Shown piece after piece: positions 19,010 to 29,950 of a stretch of DNA of 64,000 bases. Source of the stretch: an uncultured Thermoleophilia bacterium (GTDB lineage: Bacteria; Actinomycetota; Thermoleophilia; UBA2241). The position numbers and the translations under genes were made by a program. The notes beneath the pieces were generated by a model. It did no database searches. It saw only the letters and a list, made by a program, of their open reading frames with translations, and was not told where the DNA came from. Each line of letters begins with the position of its first letter. Positions within the stretch are counted from its first letter, which is position 1. Where the stretch lies: contig CAVPRQ010000017.1 of assembly GCA_963707855.1 (NCBI GenBank), forward strand, positions 33,040 through 97,039, read 5' to 3'.

Positions 19010-20209
19010 TCACGCTGCCGCGTCGCTCACGGCGGGCGCCGCGACCGGCCGGGGCAGCCACGCGCCGAGCGCGGCAGCCAGCAGCGGAAGCGGCGCGACG
19101 GCGAGGAGCACGGCGGCGGCGCCGGCCTGGTCGCCGAGCACGCCGAGCGCGGCGACGAAGAGGCCGGCGACGCCGCTCGACAGGCCGACCGTCAGACCTG
19201 TGGCCAGGCCCATGTGCGTCGGGAGGTACTCCTGCGCCAGCACCAGCGTGACGCTCATGTACGCGCTCATGGCGAGGCCGGCGAGCGCGACGACCGGCAG
19301 CATGGCGCCGTAGCCGAGCGCGGGGAGCAGACGCGATGAGCGGGACGAGCGCCAGCTGCGGCACCACGAGGACGAAGCGCCGCCCGAAGCGCTCGGCGGC
19401 GAGGCCGCCGAGCAGCGTGCCGGCGGCGCCGGCGGCGAGGAGCACGCTCGTCGCGACGTTGCTGGCCGCCGGGCTCGTTCCGCGTTCCTCGACGAGGAAG
19501 AGGGGCAGGTAGGTGAGGAGGCCGTCGCCACCGCCGCGCCGACGCAGGTGAAGAGGAGAAGGCGCAGCGAACGGCCGCCACTGCGCCCCGGTGGCGCCGC
19601 GCCGCCGGCGCGACTCGGCGCCGACCGCCGGCGGACGGCGCGGTGGCGCAGCGCGAGGAGCAGGACTGCCGCGGCGGCGAAGGGCACGAGCGTGATGAGG
19701 AGCGTGCCGCGCAGCCCGAGCGGAGCAGGGCGCGGCGACCACGAGCGGGGCCCCAGGGCGTAGCCGACACTGCCGCCGAGCGAGAAGACGCCCATGTCGC
19801 TGCGTGACGCGCGCCCCGTCGAGACACGCCGCGCCCAGCGCGCGCCCTCAGGGTGGATAGGCGGCCACGCCGGCGCTGGCGAGGACGACCGCGGCCAGGG
19901 TCAGCGCGAAGTGCGTCGTCGACGCCCACGACGCCGATGCCGAGCCCAGCGAGGACCAGCCCGCCGGGCATCAGCCAGAAGCCGTCCCCCGGTCCCCCGG
20001 GCGCCGAGCAGGGGCTGCAGCACGGCGGCGGCGACGCTCACCGCAAGGGCGAAGACGCCGACCTCGGCGTAGGTGTAGTGGCGCTCGTCGACGAGGAAGG
20101 GCAGGACCGCCAGGAGGGCGGAGTTGCTGAGGTCGGCGCACCCGTGGCCGAGCGAGAGGGCGAGGAGCGGGAGGCGCCCGGTGGGCCGGGGGGCCGCGAC
20201 CATGCTCAT
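19010..20209 (-). CDS. MFS transporter (Fsr-like), at least 4 frame breaks (possible pseudogene)
   Basis: Pieces lie in four overlapping minus-strand ORFs. 19901..20209 gives MSMVAAPRPTGRLPLLALSLGHGCADLSNSALLAVLPFLVDERHYTYAEVGVFALA. The others are 19267..19971, 18864..19742, and 19010..19795 ending ...LATGLTVGLSSGVAGLFVAALGVLGDQAG.... Confidence 0.6.
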
Positions 20210-20442
20210 CTGTCCGCCGCGCCCCGCATCTCCTCCGCGACTCTAGCACCGGGGCGGCGCTGCAGGAGTCCGGCGCGGCCTGGGCGATGCCGCAGCCGTG
20301 ACCCCGAAGCTGCGGCGCTCGACGACGAGGAATGCAGGACGGCAGACAGGGAGGCGGCGCTGAGATCGGCGCAGCCGTGCCCCAGGGAGAGCGGGCACAC
20401 CAAGAGGCGCACGCGTGGCCGGGAGTCCGGGTCGCCGTTCAT
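20206..20442 (-). pseudogene. Truncated duplicate of the 5' end of the adjacent MFS gene
   Basis: From ATG 20442: MNGDPDSRPRVRLLVCPLSLGHGCADLSAASLSAVL... parallels the neighbour's ...GRLPLLALSLGHGCADLSNSALLAVLPFLV. With one frame shift it continues FLVVERRSFGV versus FLVDERHYTYAEVGV. The upstream leader is also similar (ctcgcgcgactctaccacccg versus ctccgcgactctagcaccgg). Confidence 0.55.
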
Positions 20443-20691
20443 TCGTCCGCCTCGGGTTGCATGTTCTCGCGCGACTCTACCACCCGCGACCTGACGGCTT
20501 CGCCCGGGTTGCATACTTCCAGCGCGTTGAGCGTGTTATCATGCGCCGCACCTCAGGCATGGACCGAGGAAAGGGGCCATCGCCGCGACGCATCGAGTCC
20601 GCCGTGTGGTGGTCGCTGAACAGCAGGCGCGCGCGGAGCGACTGAAGTCGCACTGCGGAGGGCGCCCACAGACCAGACGGAGGTAGGGATC

Positions 20692-21901
20692 ATGCGTGGA
20701 CGTATGCTGAGACTCACGATGGCGGTGCTGACGGCGGCGCTGGCGGTCTCGCTGGCCGTGTCGTTGCTCATGCCGCGGCTGCGGCGGGGACGACGACGGC
20801 AGGGCGACGGAGGGCGAGCGGCGAGCCGATCAAGATCGGCGCCATCGTGTCGCTCACGGGCCCGTACGCCGGCCTCGGCGAGCCCGAGAAGAACGTCCTC
20901 GAGATGGAGGTCAAGCGGATCAACGACGCCGGGCGGCGTCAACGGCCGGCCGATCGAGGTGATCATCGAGGACGACGCCACCGACGACGCCAAGGCGGTC
21001 GCCGCGGCGAGCAAGCTGATCGAGCAGGACGAGGTCGTCGCGATCATCGGCGCCACCGGGCACCGGCGCGACGATGGCGGTGCGCGGCGACATGCAGCGC
21101 GCCGGCATCCCGCAGGTCTCGATGGCCGGCGGCACCGTGATCGCCAACCCGGTCGACCCGCTCGTCTTCCAGACCCCGTGGTCGAACACGATCGTCGTGC
21201 CGTTCACGCTCGACTACATGAAGGCGCAGGGCATCACCAAGATCGGCCTGATCAGCGACACCGGCGGCTTCGGCGCCGACGGCAAGGCGGTCGTCGACCG
21301 AGATGGCGCCCGACGCCGGCATCGAGATCGTCTCGGACCAGACCTTCAACCCCGGCGACACCGACATGACGGCCCAGCTCACGAAGATCAAGAACTCCGA
21401 CGCCGAGGCGATCGTCATGTGGACGGCCGGCGCCGAGGCGGCGACCATCGCCAAGAACGTCAAGGACCTCGGCATCGACCTGCCGCTCTTCGGCAGCCAC
21501 GGCATCGCCCGCCGCGAGTTCATCGACGGCGCCGGCGACGCCGCCGAGGGCGTCAGGTTCGCCGCCGGCAAGGTCCTCATCCCCGAGGCCTACGGCGAGG
21601 GCACCGAGGCCTACACCGTGGCGACCGACTTCATCGACCGCTACACCGAGGCCTTCGGCGACGCGCCGAGCACGTTCGCCGGGCACGCCTACGACGCGCT
21701 CTACCTCATCGTCGAGGCGAGCGAAGCGCATCGACGGCGACATCACCCCCGAGGCGCTGCGCGACGAGATCGAGGCGACGTCCGGCTTCGTGGGCATCGG
21801 CGGCACGTTCAACTTCTCGCGCCGAGGACCACAACGGCATGACGGAGGACGACCTCACCATGTACGAGATCTCCGGCGGCGACTGGACGCTGGTCGAGTA
21901 G
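20692..21901 (+). CDS. ABC transporter substrate-binding protein, branched-chain amino acid (LivJ/K) family; about 6 frame breaks
   Basis: Join of 20692..21369, 20847..21140, 21074..21901, 21303..21842 and others. MRGRMLRLTMAVLTAALAVSLA..., PIKIGAIVSLTGPYAGLGEPEKNVLEMEVKRINDAGGVNGRPIEVIIEDDATD, ...VVAIIGATG..., ...FNFSAEDHNGMTEDDLTMYEISGGDWTLVE. Confidence 0.8.
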
Positions 21902-22071
21902 CGGCCGACGCAGCGGCGCTGACCGCGACCCCCGGGCCCGCATGCGGACCCGGGGGCCGCGCGCCCTCCGGACCGCGACGACGCGAGCCGGGGGCTCGTC
22001 GACTAGAATGACGCGGCGCCGCGCGACGGGCGCGGCCATGGACGGCGCGCCGCGTCACGGGACCGCACGAC

Positions 22072-22947
22072 TTGGACGAACTGCTGCAGTTCCTCATAGC
22101 GGGCCTCAAGAACGGCTCCATCTACGCGCTCGTCGCGCTCGGCTTCACGATCGTCTTCGCGGCGACCGGGGCGATCAACTTCGCCCAGGGCGAGTTCTTC
22201 ATGCTCGGCGGCATGCTGGGCGTCTTCTTCACCGAGCTCGGACTGCCGCTCGCCCTGGCGGCGCTGGCGGCGATCGCCGCCACCGCCGCCATCGGCGCCG
22301 TCTTCGAGCTCCTCGCCGTGCGCCCCATCGCGGGCGGCGACCCGCTGCGCATCATCATGGTCACGATCGGCGGCGCCGTCGTGCTGCGACAGCTCGCCCT
22401 GCACCTCTTCGGGCCCGACGAGCGCGCCCTGGCGCCGTTCACCGAGGGCGCCTCGCTCAAGGTGCTCGGCGCCGCGATCGAGCGCCAGACGGTGTGGATC
22501 TGGGCGCTCACCGCGCTCGCCGTCGTCGCCCTCGCCTTCCTGTATCGCAGGACGACGTTCGGCCGCGCGATGCGGGCCACGTCGATCCGGCGCGACGCCG
22601 CGCGCCTCGTCGGCGTCAACGCGACGCGCATGGTGACTGCGTCGTTCGCGCTCGCCGCCGCCCTCGGCGCGCGTCGGCGGCCTCGCCGTCGCGCCGCTCA
22701 CGCAGACCGCGTTCGGCGTCGGCGCCGGCATGGGCGTCAAGGGCTTCGCCGCCGCCATCCTCGGCGGCCTCGGGAACCCCGTCGCCGCCGTCGGCGGCGG
22801 CCTCATCCTCGGCGTCTGCTCGAGAGCCTGACCGCCGGCTACATCGACCCGACCTACAGGGACGCCGTCGCCGTCGTGGTCCTGCTCGTCGTCCTGTTCG
22901 TGCGTCCGCAGGGCCTGTTCGGCGGCTCGGGCCGGGTGAAGGTCTGA
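22072..22947 (+). CDS. livH: Branched-chain amino acid ABC transporter permease (LivH family); 2 frame breaks
   Basis: ORF 22072..22947. MDELLQFLIAGLKNGSIYALVALGFTIVFAATGAINFAQGEFFMLGGM... C-terminus ...GYIDPTYRDAVAVVVLLVVLFVRPQGLFG. The central part (VGGLAVAPLTQTAFGVGAGMGVKGFAAAILGGLGNP) lies in another frame. Confidence 0.82.
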   Translation: MDELLQFLIAGLKNGSIYALVALGFTIVFAATGAINFAQGEFFMLGGMLGVFFTELGLPLALAALAAIAATAAIGAVFELLAVRPIAGGDPLRIIMVTIGGAVVLRQLALHLFGPDERALAPFTEGASLKVLGAAIERQTVWIWALTALAVVALAFLYRRTTFGRAMRATSIRRDAARLVGVNATRMVTASFALAAALGARRRPRRRAAHADRVRRRRRHGRQGLRRRHPRRPREPRRRRRRRPHPRRLLESLTAGYIDPTYRDAVAVVVLLVVLFVRPQGLFGGSGRVKV

Positions 22948-23940
22948 TGAACGCCCGCACGCTGCGCGCGCTCGCGCCGCTCGTGGCCGTCGCCGTCGTG
23001 GCGCGCTGCTGCCGCTGCTGGTGACCGACCGCTTCCTGCTCAAGGTGTTCACCTTCGCCGGCATCAACGCCCTGGTCGTCGATCGGCCTCGCGCTGCTCT
23101 TCGGCCACGCCGGCCAGGTGTCGCTCGGCCACGCCGCCTTCGTCGGCATCGGCGCCTACACGTGCGCCGTGTGCACGGTCGAGCTCGGGTGGCCGTGGCT
23201 GCTCGGCCTTCGCCGCCTCCGGCGCGCGTCGCCGCGCCTCGGCGGGCTCGCTGCTCGCCCTGCCCAGCCTGCGCCTCAAGGGGCACTACCTGGCGATGGC
23301 GACGCTCGGGCTTCGGCGAGCTCATGACGCTCGCGTTCAGGGAGGCCGAACCGCGTCACCGGCGGCGTCGACGGGTTCGGCGGCATCCCCTTCCCCTCCC
23401 TGGGCCCGTTCGAGATCGACGAGGCCGCCTCGCTCTACTGGCTCGTCTGGGGGTCGCCGGCCTGGCGCTGCTCGCACGTCTACAACGTCACCTCGCAGCG
23501 GCCCGGCCGCGCGATGCGCGCCCTGCACGGCAGCGAGCTGGGCGCGCAGGCCTGCGGCGTCGACGTCGTCGGCGTGAAGGTGCGGACGTTCGTCGTCAGC
23601 GCCCTGCTCGCCGGCCTCGCCGGCGCCCTCTACGCGAGCGTCGTCGGCTTCGTCTCGCCGAGCGTGCTTCACGCTCGCCGCGTCGGTCACGTTCCTGGCC
23701 ATGGCCGTGCTCGGCGGCACCGGCTCGCTCGCCGGACCGATCGCCGCGGCGGTGCTGCTCACGCTGCTGCAGTACCTCGACGCGCTGATCCCGGGCATCC
23801 CGCGACGAGACGGCCGCAGACGATCCAGACCTACCAGGAGGACATCTACGGCCTCGCCATCGTCCTCGTCGTGATCTTCGCCCCCGGCGGGCTCGCCGGC
23901 CTGTGGCGCCGGCGGCGCGAGGGAGGCGACGGCGGCGTGA
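22947..23940 (+). CDS. livM: Branched-chain amino acid ABC transporter permease (LivM family); many frame breaks
   Basis: ATG 22947 overlaps the livH stop (TGATG). Pieces: [18 protein letters not shown]..., [40 protein letters not shown], and [44 protein letters not shown] ... [12 protein letters not shown]. The end is uncertain: as assembled it reads in frame into livG. Confidence 0.7.
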
Positions 23941-24776
23941 GCCTGCTCCAGGTGCGCAACGTCACCAAGCGCTTCGGCGGTCTGACCGCCGTCGACGACG
24001 TCTCCTTCGACGTCTTCGAAGGCACGATCAAGGCGCTCATCGGCCCCAACGGCGCCGGCAAGTCGACCCTGTTCAACGCGCTGACCGGGTTCGACCGGCC
24101 CGACGACGGGCTCGGTGCTGTTCGACGGCGTCGAGCTCGTCGGCCGGCGCCCGCGCGACACGGTGCGCGCCGGCGTGGCGCGCACCTTCCAGAACACCCA
24201 GCTCTTCGACGAGCTGACCGCCGGCGAGAACGTCATGGTCGGCCGGCAGGCGCACCAGCGCCGCGGCTTCACCGCGGCGATGCTGCGCCTGCCCGCCGTC
24301 GCTGGCCGAGGACCGCGAGGCGCGCGAGGAGGCCGGCCGGCTGCTGCGCCTCATCGGCATCGAGGAGTGGGTCGACACGCCGGCCGCGCGACCTGCCGGC
24401 CGGCATCCGCCGCCTGGTCGAGATCGCCCGCGCGCTGGCCACCGAGCCGCGTCTGCTGCTGCTCGACGAGCCGGCGGCGGGGCTCAACGCGACCGAGGCG
24501 CGCGAGCTCGTCCAGACGCTGTTCCGCGTGCGCGACGCCGGCATCACCGTCGTCATCGTCGAGCACCACATGGGGCTCGTCATGGACGTCTCCGACGAGA
24601 TCGTCGTGCTCGACCGGGGCGCCAAGATCGCCGAGGGACCGCCGCGGATGATCCAGAAGGACCCCGCCGTGATCGCCGCCTACCTCGGCGGGGAGGCGCG
24701 ACGACGATGGCTGAGACGGCGGCGCCGACGGGATGCGAACGCGGCGTCGCGCGGCGCCCTCCCCTGCTCGAGCTGA
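23937..24776 (+). CDS. livG: ABC transporter ATP-binding protein (LivG family); about 3 frame breaks
   Basis: From GTG 23937: [51 protein letters not shown] (Walker A), [12 protein letters not shown] (Walker B), [30 protein letters not shown]. The true stop may be the TGA near 24713. Confidence 0.8.
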   Translation: MSLLQVRNVTKRFGGLTAVDDVSFDVFEGTIKALIGPNGAGKSTLFNALTGFDRPDDGLGAVRRRRARRPAPARHGARRRGAHLPEHPALRRADRRRERHGRPAGAPAPRLHRGDAAPARRRWPRTARRARRPAGCCASSASRSGSTRRPRDLPAGIRRLVEIARALATEPRLLLLDEPAAGLNATEARELVQTLFRVRDAGITVVIVEHHMGLVMDVSDEIVVLDRGAKIAEGPPRMIQKDPAVIAAYLGGEARRRWLRRRRRRDANAASRGALPCSS

Positions 24777-25504
24777 GCGGCGTGCGCGCCGGCTACGGCC
24801 GCGTCGAGGTCCTGCACGGCGTCGACCTGACGGTCGGCGAAGGCGAGCTGGTCGCCGTGATCGGCGCCAACGGCGCCGGCAAGTCGACGCTGCTCAAGGC
24901 CGATCGTCGGGCTCGTCGAGCGTGCAGCGCGGGCGCGCTCGCCTACCGCGGCGCCCGCGTCGCCTCGCCGCGGCCCGAGCGGCTCGTGCGCGACGGGCTC
25001 GCGCTGGTGCCCGAGGGCCGGCTGCTGTTCGGCCCGATGAGCGTGCGCGAGAACCTCGACCTCGGCGCCTACGGCGCGGGGCGCGAGCGGCAAGGCGGCG
25101 ATCGCCGAGGGTCTCGAGCGCGTGCACGCGCTCTTCCCCGTCCTCGGGGAGCGCGCCGACCAGCCGGCCGAGACGCTCTCCGGGCGGCGAGCAGCAGATG
25201 CTGGCCGTCGCGCGGGCGCTCATGTCGCGCCCGCGCCTGCTGCTGCTCGACGAGCCGTCGCTCGGCCTCGCGCCCAAGGTCATCGCCGAGATCTTCGCGG
25301 TGCTCGACGAGCTGCGCGCCCAGGGCGTCACCATCCTGCTCGTCGAGCAGGACGCGCGCCTGGCGCTCAAGCACGCCGACCGCGGCTACGTCATGCGCAC
25401 CGGGCGCGTGGTCCTGCGAAGGGACGTCGGGCGACCTGCTCGCCGACGAGTCGGTGCGGGCCATCTACCTCGGCGCCTGGAGCGGTGAAGGAGAGGAACG
25501 ATGA
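24707..25504 (+). CDS. livF: ABC transporter ATP-binding protein (LivF family); about 3 frame breaks
   Basis: [79 protein letters not shown] (in frame 24733..25488/25122..), [27 protein letters not shown]. Confidence 0.8.
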   Translation: MAETAAPTGCERGVARRPPLLELSGVRAGYGRVEVLHGVDLTVGEGELVAVIGANGAGKSTLLKADRRARRACSAGALAYRGARVASPRPERLVRDGLALVPEGRLLFGPMSVRENLDLGAYGAGRERQGGDRRGSRARARALPRPRGARRPAGRDALRAASSRCWPSRGRSCRARACCCSTSRRSASRPRSSPRSSRCSTSCAPRASPSCSSSRTRAWRSSTPTAATSCAPGAWSCEGTSGDLLADESVRAIYLGAWSGEGEER

Positions 25505-26807
25505 TCTGGAACCCCGAGTACGAGTGCATGGACCGCGCGGCGCTGCACGAGCTGCAGCTGCGCCGCCTGCAGATGACGACGTCGTGGGCCTACGAGCGCG
25601 TCCCCTACTACCGCGCTCAGCATGGAGGAGCGCGGCGTGCGCCCGCGCGACATCCGCGGCCTCGACGACCTGCGCCGCCTGCCGTTCACCGACGAGAGCG
25701 CCCTGCGCGACACCTTCCCCTTCGGCATGTTCGCCCTGCCGCTCGACGAGGTCGTGCGCGTGCACTCCTCGTCGGGCGACGACCGGCAAGCCGGTCGTCG
25801 TCGGCTACTCGCGCGGCGACATCAACACGTGGACCGAGCTGACGGCGCGGGTCGCCGCCGCGGCCGGCGTGCAGCGCGGCGACCTCGTGCAGATGGCCTT
25901 CCCCTACGGCATGTCGACCGGCGGCTGGGGCCTGCACTACGGCATCGAGCGCATCGGCGCGACGATCATCCCCGCCGGCGGCGGGCAGACGGAGCGCCAG
26001 CTCGTGATGATGCGCGACTTCGGCACCACGGTGCTCGTCTCGACCCCGTCGTACGCGCTCTACCTCGCCGAGAAGGCCGAGGAGCTCGGCGTCGACCTCG
26101 CGTCGCTCAAGCTGCGCCTCGGCCTCTTCGGCGGCGAGCCCTGCTCGACCAGCATGAAGGCCGAGATCGAAGCCAAGCTCGGCATCCGCGCGACCGACAA
26201 CTACGGCCTCTCCGAGGTCATGGGCCCCGGCGTCGCCGGCGAGTGCGACTGCGCCTGCGGCCTGCACGTCAACGAGGACCACCTGCTGCTCGAGATCGTC
26301 GACCCCGCGAGCGGCGAGCCGCGCGCGTACGGCGAGGAGGGCGAACTGGTCATCACGACGCTGACCAAAGAGGCCTTCCCGCTGCTGCGCTACCGCACCC
26401 ACGACCTCACGGCGCTCGACCCGTCGCGCTGCGAGTGCGGGCGCACGCTGGTGCGCATGCAGAAGGTGCACGACAGCGCACCGACGACATGCTCATCGTG
26501 CGCGGCGTCAACGTCTATCCCAGCCAGATCGAGGACGTGCTCTTCCAGATCGAGGGCGTGCGCCCCCACTACCTCATCGTCGTCGACCGCAAGAAGAGCC
26601 TCGACGACCTCGAGATCCGCCTCGAGGTCGAGGAGAGCGTCTTCTCCGACGTGATGGGCGACATGGTCGCGTCTCCAGGCCTCGGTCGCCGACAAGCTCC
26701 AGTCGGCGCTCGGCCTGCGCGCCCGCGTCACGCTCGTCGAGCCGGGCACGATCGAGCGCACCGCCGGCAAGGCGAAGCGCGTGCTCGACCTGCGCGACGA
26801 CGAGTAG
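25501..26807 (+). CDS. paaK: Phenylacetate-CoA ligase family adenylating enzyme; about 4 frame breaks
   Basis: ATG overlaps the livF stop (ATGA). [44 protein letters not shown]-(T)[82 protein letters not shown]. Confidence 0.82.
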
Positions 26808-26880
26808 GCCTCGGCGGCGCCACACCCTGCCGTGAGCGAGCGACCCGTCGACGACGAACTGCGAGCGATACCTCGAGACC

Positions 26881-27417
26881 GTGACCCTCGGCGAGCTCGA
26901 GCGCCGGGCGGTCGAGGTCGTCGAGTACGACCCGTCCTGGGCCGACCGCTACGCCGCGGAGGCCGCGAGGATCCACGCGGCGCTGGACGGCCGCGAGCTC
27001 CTGCTCGAGCACATCGGCTCGACGGCCGTCCCCGGCCTCGCCGCCAAGCCGATCGTCGACATCCTCGTCGTCGTCGTCGACCCGGCCGACGAGGCCGCCT
27101 ACGTGCCGGCCCTCGAGGCGGCCGGCTACGAGCTGCGCATCCGCGAGCCGGCGTGGCACGAGCACCGCATGCTGCGCACGCCGGCCAAAGACGTCCACCT
27201 GCACGTGCTGCCGGCGGGATGCGCCGAGATCGAGCGCTACCTCCTGCTGCGCGACCGGCTGCGGACCGACGCGGCGGAGCGCGAGCTCTACGCGGCCACG
27301 AAGCGGCGGCTGGCGGCGCAGGCATGGCCCACGGTGCAGCACTATGCCGAGGCCAAGAGCGAGGTCGTCGAGGCGATCATCGCCCGCGCCCGCGAGGCGC
27401 GGGCCGGCGGAGCCTGA
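26881..27417 (+). CDS. GrpB family protein
   Basis: 178-aa [21 protein letters not shown]..., [28 protein letters not shown]..., [10 protein letters not shown]...YAATKRRLA. Confidence 0.85.
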   Translation: MTLGELERRAVEVVEYDPSWADRYAAEAARIHAALDGRELLLEHIGSTAVPGLAAKPIVDILVVVVDPADEAAYVPALEAAGYELRIREPAWHEHRMLRTPAKDVHLHVLPAGCAEIERYLLLRDRLRTDAAERELYAATKRRLAAQAWPTVQHYAEAKSEVVEAIIARAREARAGGA

Positions 27418-27422
27418 CCGCC

Positions 27423-27758
27423 TCAGTCAGTGCGGCACTGCATCTTCTCGCAGCGGTCGAGCACGAAGCGACGGTACTTCTCGAGGTCGCGCTCCAGCGT
27501 CGCCTGGGCGCGCGCGACCTCCTCGTCCGCCGTCTCCTTCGTCCGCGGCTGCGTAGTCGAGCTCCACGGCGACTCTCACCAGGCGGTCGCCCTCCGTCGT
27601 GAGGTCGACCTTGCCGGCCTCCATGTCGTCCTGGTCGATCAGCGGCTCCACGTCGGTCAGACCCCGCGTGTAACCACTCATCAGTGACTTCAGCATGAAC
27701 TCGCTCCACTCGAGATCGGCGAACTCGAGCGGGACGTCGACCGTGATAGACGTCTGGA
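27423..27758 (-). CDS. Small protein, possibly SRPBCC/cyclase-like; 1 frame break
   Basis: ATG 27758 is preceded by GGAGG. MAVIQTSITVDVPLEFADLEWSEFMLKSLMSGYTRGLTDVEPLIDQDDMEAGKVDLTTEGDRLVRVAVELDYAAA, then after a shift near 27545 KETADEEVARAQATLERDLEKYRRFVLDRCEKMQCRTD*. The family assignment is weak. Confidence 0.4.
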
Positions 27759-27937
27759 TGACGGCCATGACGCCTCCCTCCATCGTGACTCGCCCCCACA
27801 CCTGCGCGGGGGCCGTGGCGTCAGTCTGCCCGTTCGGCGGTTTCCTACGACACGGCACGCCGGGCCGGTGGCGGAGCTCCTGTCGGGCCGCTGGTCGACG
27901 TCGCCCTGACTGCGGGAGGCGACTCGGACTCAGGTCG

Positions 27938-29738
27938 TCACTCCTCGACCTGCCGACGGCTGCGGCGGAGCAGCACGACGACCACGATCGCGACCACCAC
28001 CAGGACGGCCGCGACCAAGACATAGATCCAGCTCGTCGAGGCCGTCTCCTCCTCCACGGTCGCCGCGCTCGCCGGCTGCAGCCCCATCCACGAGTCGCGG
28101 TTGAACACGCCGCCGGGGTAGTCGGGGTAACCGCCGGGGGCCTGCACGTACCCCTCCCATGTGGCGCTGTCGTAGGCCTCCAGGAACTGGAAGTAGCCGA
28201 AGATCAGGTACGGCGATGACTCGTACGCGATCTCCTGCATGCGCTGGATCGCGGCGGTACGCGCCGCAGGGTCGACCGCGGTGCTCTGCTCCAGGTACAG
28301 CGCGTCGTACTCGGGGTCGACCCAGTTGGTGTCGCTCCATCCCTGGATCTGCGCCTCCGTGAGCAGGCTCAGGATGAACTGCGGGTCGGCATCGCCCTGC
28401 CACCACCAGAGGACCAGGTCGAAGTCGGGCGCGAACGTGTCGCCTTCGGTGTTGGATGTGGCGTCGATGATCGCGCCGGCGTCAAGGACCTGGAGGGCCA
28501 CCTTCACGCCGACGTCCCTGAACCAGCCCACGGCGAGCTTGCTCGTCGAGACGTTCTCCGGCGTCTCCGGAGTCGGTGTAGAGACGCAGCTTGAGCGGTT
28601 TGCCGTCCTTGGTCTCGCGGAAGCCGTCGCCGTCCACGTCCTTGTAGCCGGCGGCGTCGAGCATCTCCTGGGCCTTGGCCGGATCGTACGTGTAGGCCAC
28701 ATCGCTGGCGGGCTCCCAATAGTACGCGGAGTACGGCGGCAGCAGCGACGCCGCCGGGGTTCATATAGCCCGCTGTAGGCGGTCGTCGCGTTGCTCTCAC
28801 GGTCGAGGGCGTACTGCAGCGCCTGGCGGAAGGCCGGGTCGAGCAGCACCGGGTTGCCCTTCGAGTCGGGGCTGTCGTAGCAGTTGAAGGTGAGCTGCTC
28901 GAACGACCACGAGACGACCCCGGCGGTCGTGATGGTGTCCGAGGCGAGACCCGGGAACTGGGCCGGGGGGCACGCCGATGCAGCCGTCCAGCGCCCCCGA
29001 CTTGAGGTCCTGCACCATCGTGTCGGCGTTCTGGTAGGTGATGAGCAGGATCTCGTCCATGTTCGGCTTGCCACCCACGTAGTCGGGGTTGGCCACAAGG
29101 CGCGTGTAGTCGTTCTGCTTGTGCTCGACCACCTGCCAGGGACCGGAGCCGATGCACGGCGGGCCGTTGGTGAACGACCCCTCGGCGTCGGCTCGCCGAG
29201 ACCTTCGACCAGATGTGCTCCGGCAGGATCGGCACCTTCATCGAGAGGATGTCGCCCTTGGGCTTGCTGCACTCGAACTGCACGGTGAGGTCGTCGAGAG
29301 CGGTCACCTTCTCGATGAAGGTGGGGTAGGAGATGAAGTCGGCGAGCTCGTTCTCGATGATGTAGTTGAAGGTGAAGGCGACGTCGCGGGCGGTCGCCGG
29401 CTCGCCGTCCTGCCACGTCATGCCGGGACGGATCTTGAAGGTCCACGACGAGGCCGTCCGCCGAGTGGTCCAGCTCTCGGCGAACTCGGGCCGCGGCTGC
29501 AGCTTCTCGGGTTCGAACCCGACGAGGAAGTCGTAGTTCAGCTGGTAGATCATGTAGTCGACGCCGCTGTAGCCGATGAACGGGTTGAGGTTGTCGACGT
29601 ACTCGAGCGTGCCGTACGCGGTAGACGACTTGTCGGACGGCGCGCACGGCGCGGCGCGCGCGCCGGCGACGGCCACGCTCACGGCCACGGCCATGAGCGA
29701 GGCCGAGAGCAGTCGCTGCCGCGACTGGCAGTTCTCAT
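27938..29738 (-). CDS. ABC transporter substrate-binding protein, family 5 (peptide/nickel type) with C-terminal TM anchor; at least 5 frame breaks
   Basis: Start ATG 29738 (GGGGGAG upstream): MRTASRG.. then LLSASLMAVAVSVAVAGARAAPCAPSDK. Further pieces: YVDNLNPFIGYSGVDYMIYQLNYDFLVGFEP, FKIRPGMTWQDGEPATARDVAFTFNY, FNCYDSPDSKGNPVLLDPAFRQALQYALDRE. C-terminus ...TSWIYVLVAAVLVVVAIVVVVLLRRSRRQVEE*. Confidence 0.78.
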
Positions 29739-29950
29739 CGATCTCCCCCTGTCGGCCGGCGCCGCGGCGAATGCGCTCCGGATGCCCTCCGCGTCCGCCG
29801 CGACGAGCGTGCAGGTCGAGGTGCGTCGACTGCCGGTCGAGTAGGCGTCGTCGTGGGGCACGCTCCCGCCAGGGCTCGATCGGTGGACGACGCAGCCGCG
29901 ATCGTTCATGCTCGCCCCCTTCGTCCGCCATGTCCCCGTCGCCCGCCCGC

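Noticed and set aside
23880-23945. An apparent LivM-LivG fusion: the frame reads through ...[24 protein letters not shown].
   Set aside because: A GTGA start/stop overlap is present at 23937-23940, one frame away. livM already needs many 1-nt corrections, so the read-through is most likely an indel artefact rather than a real fusion.
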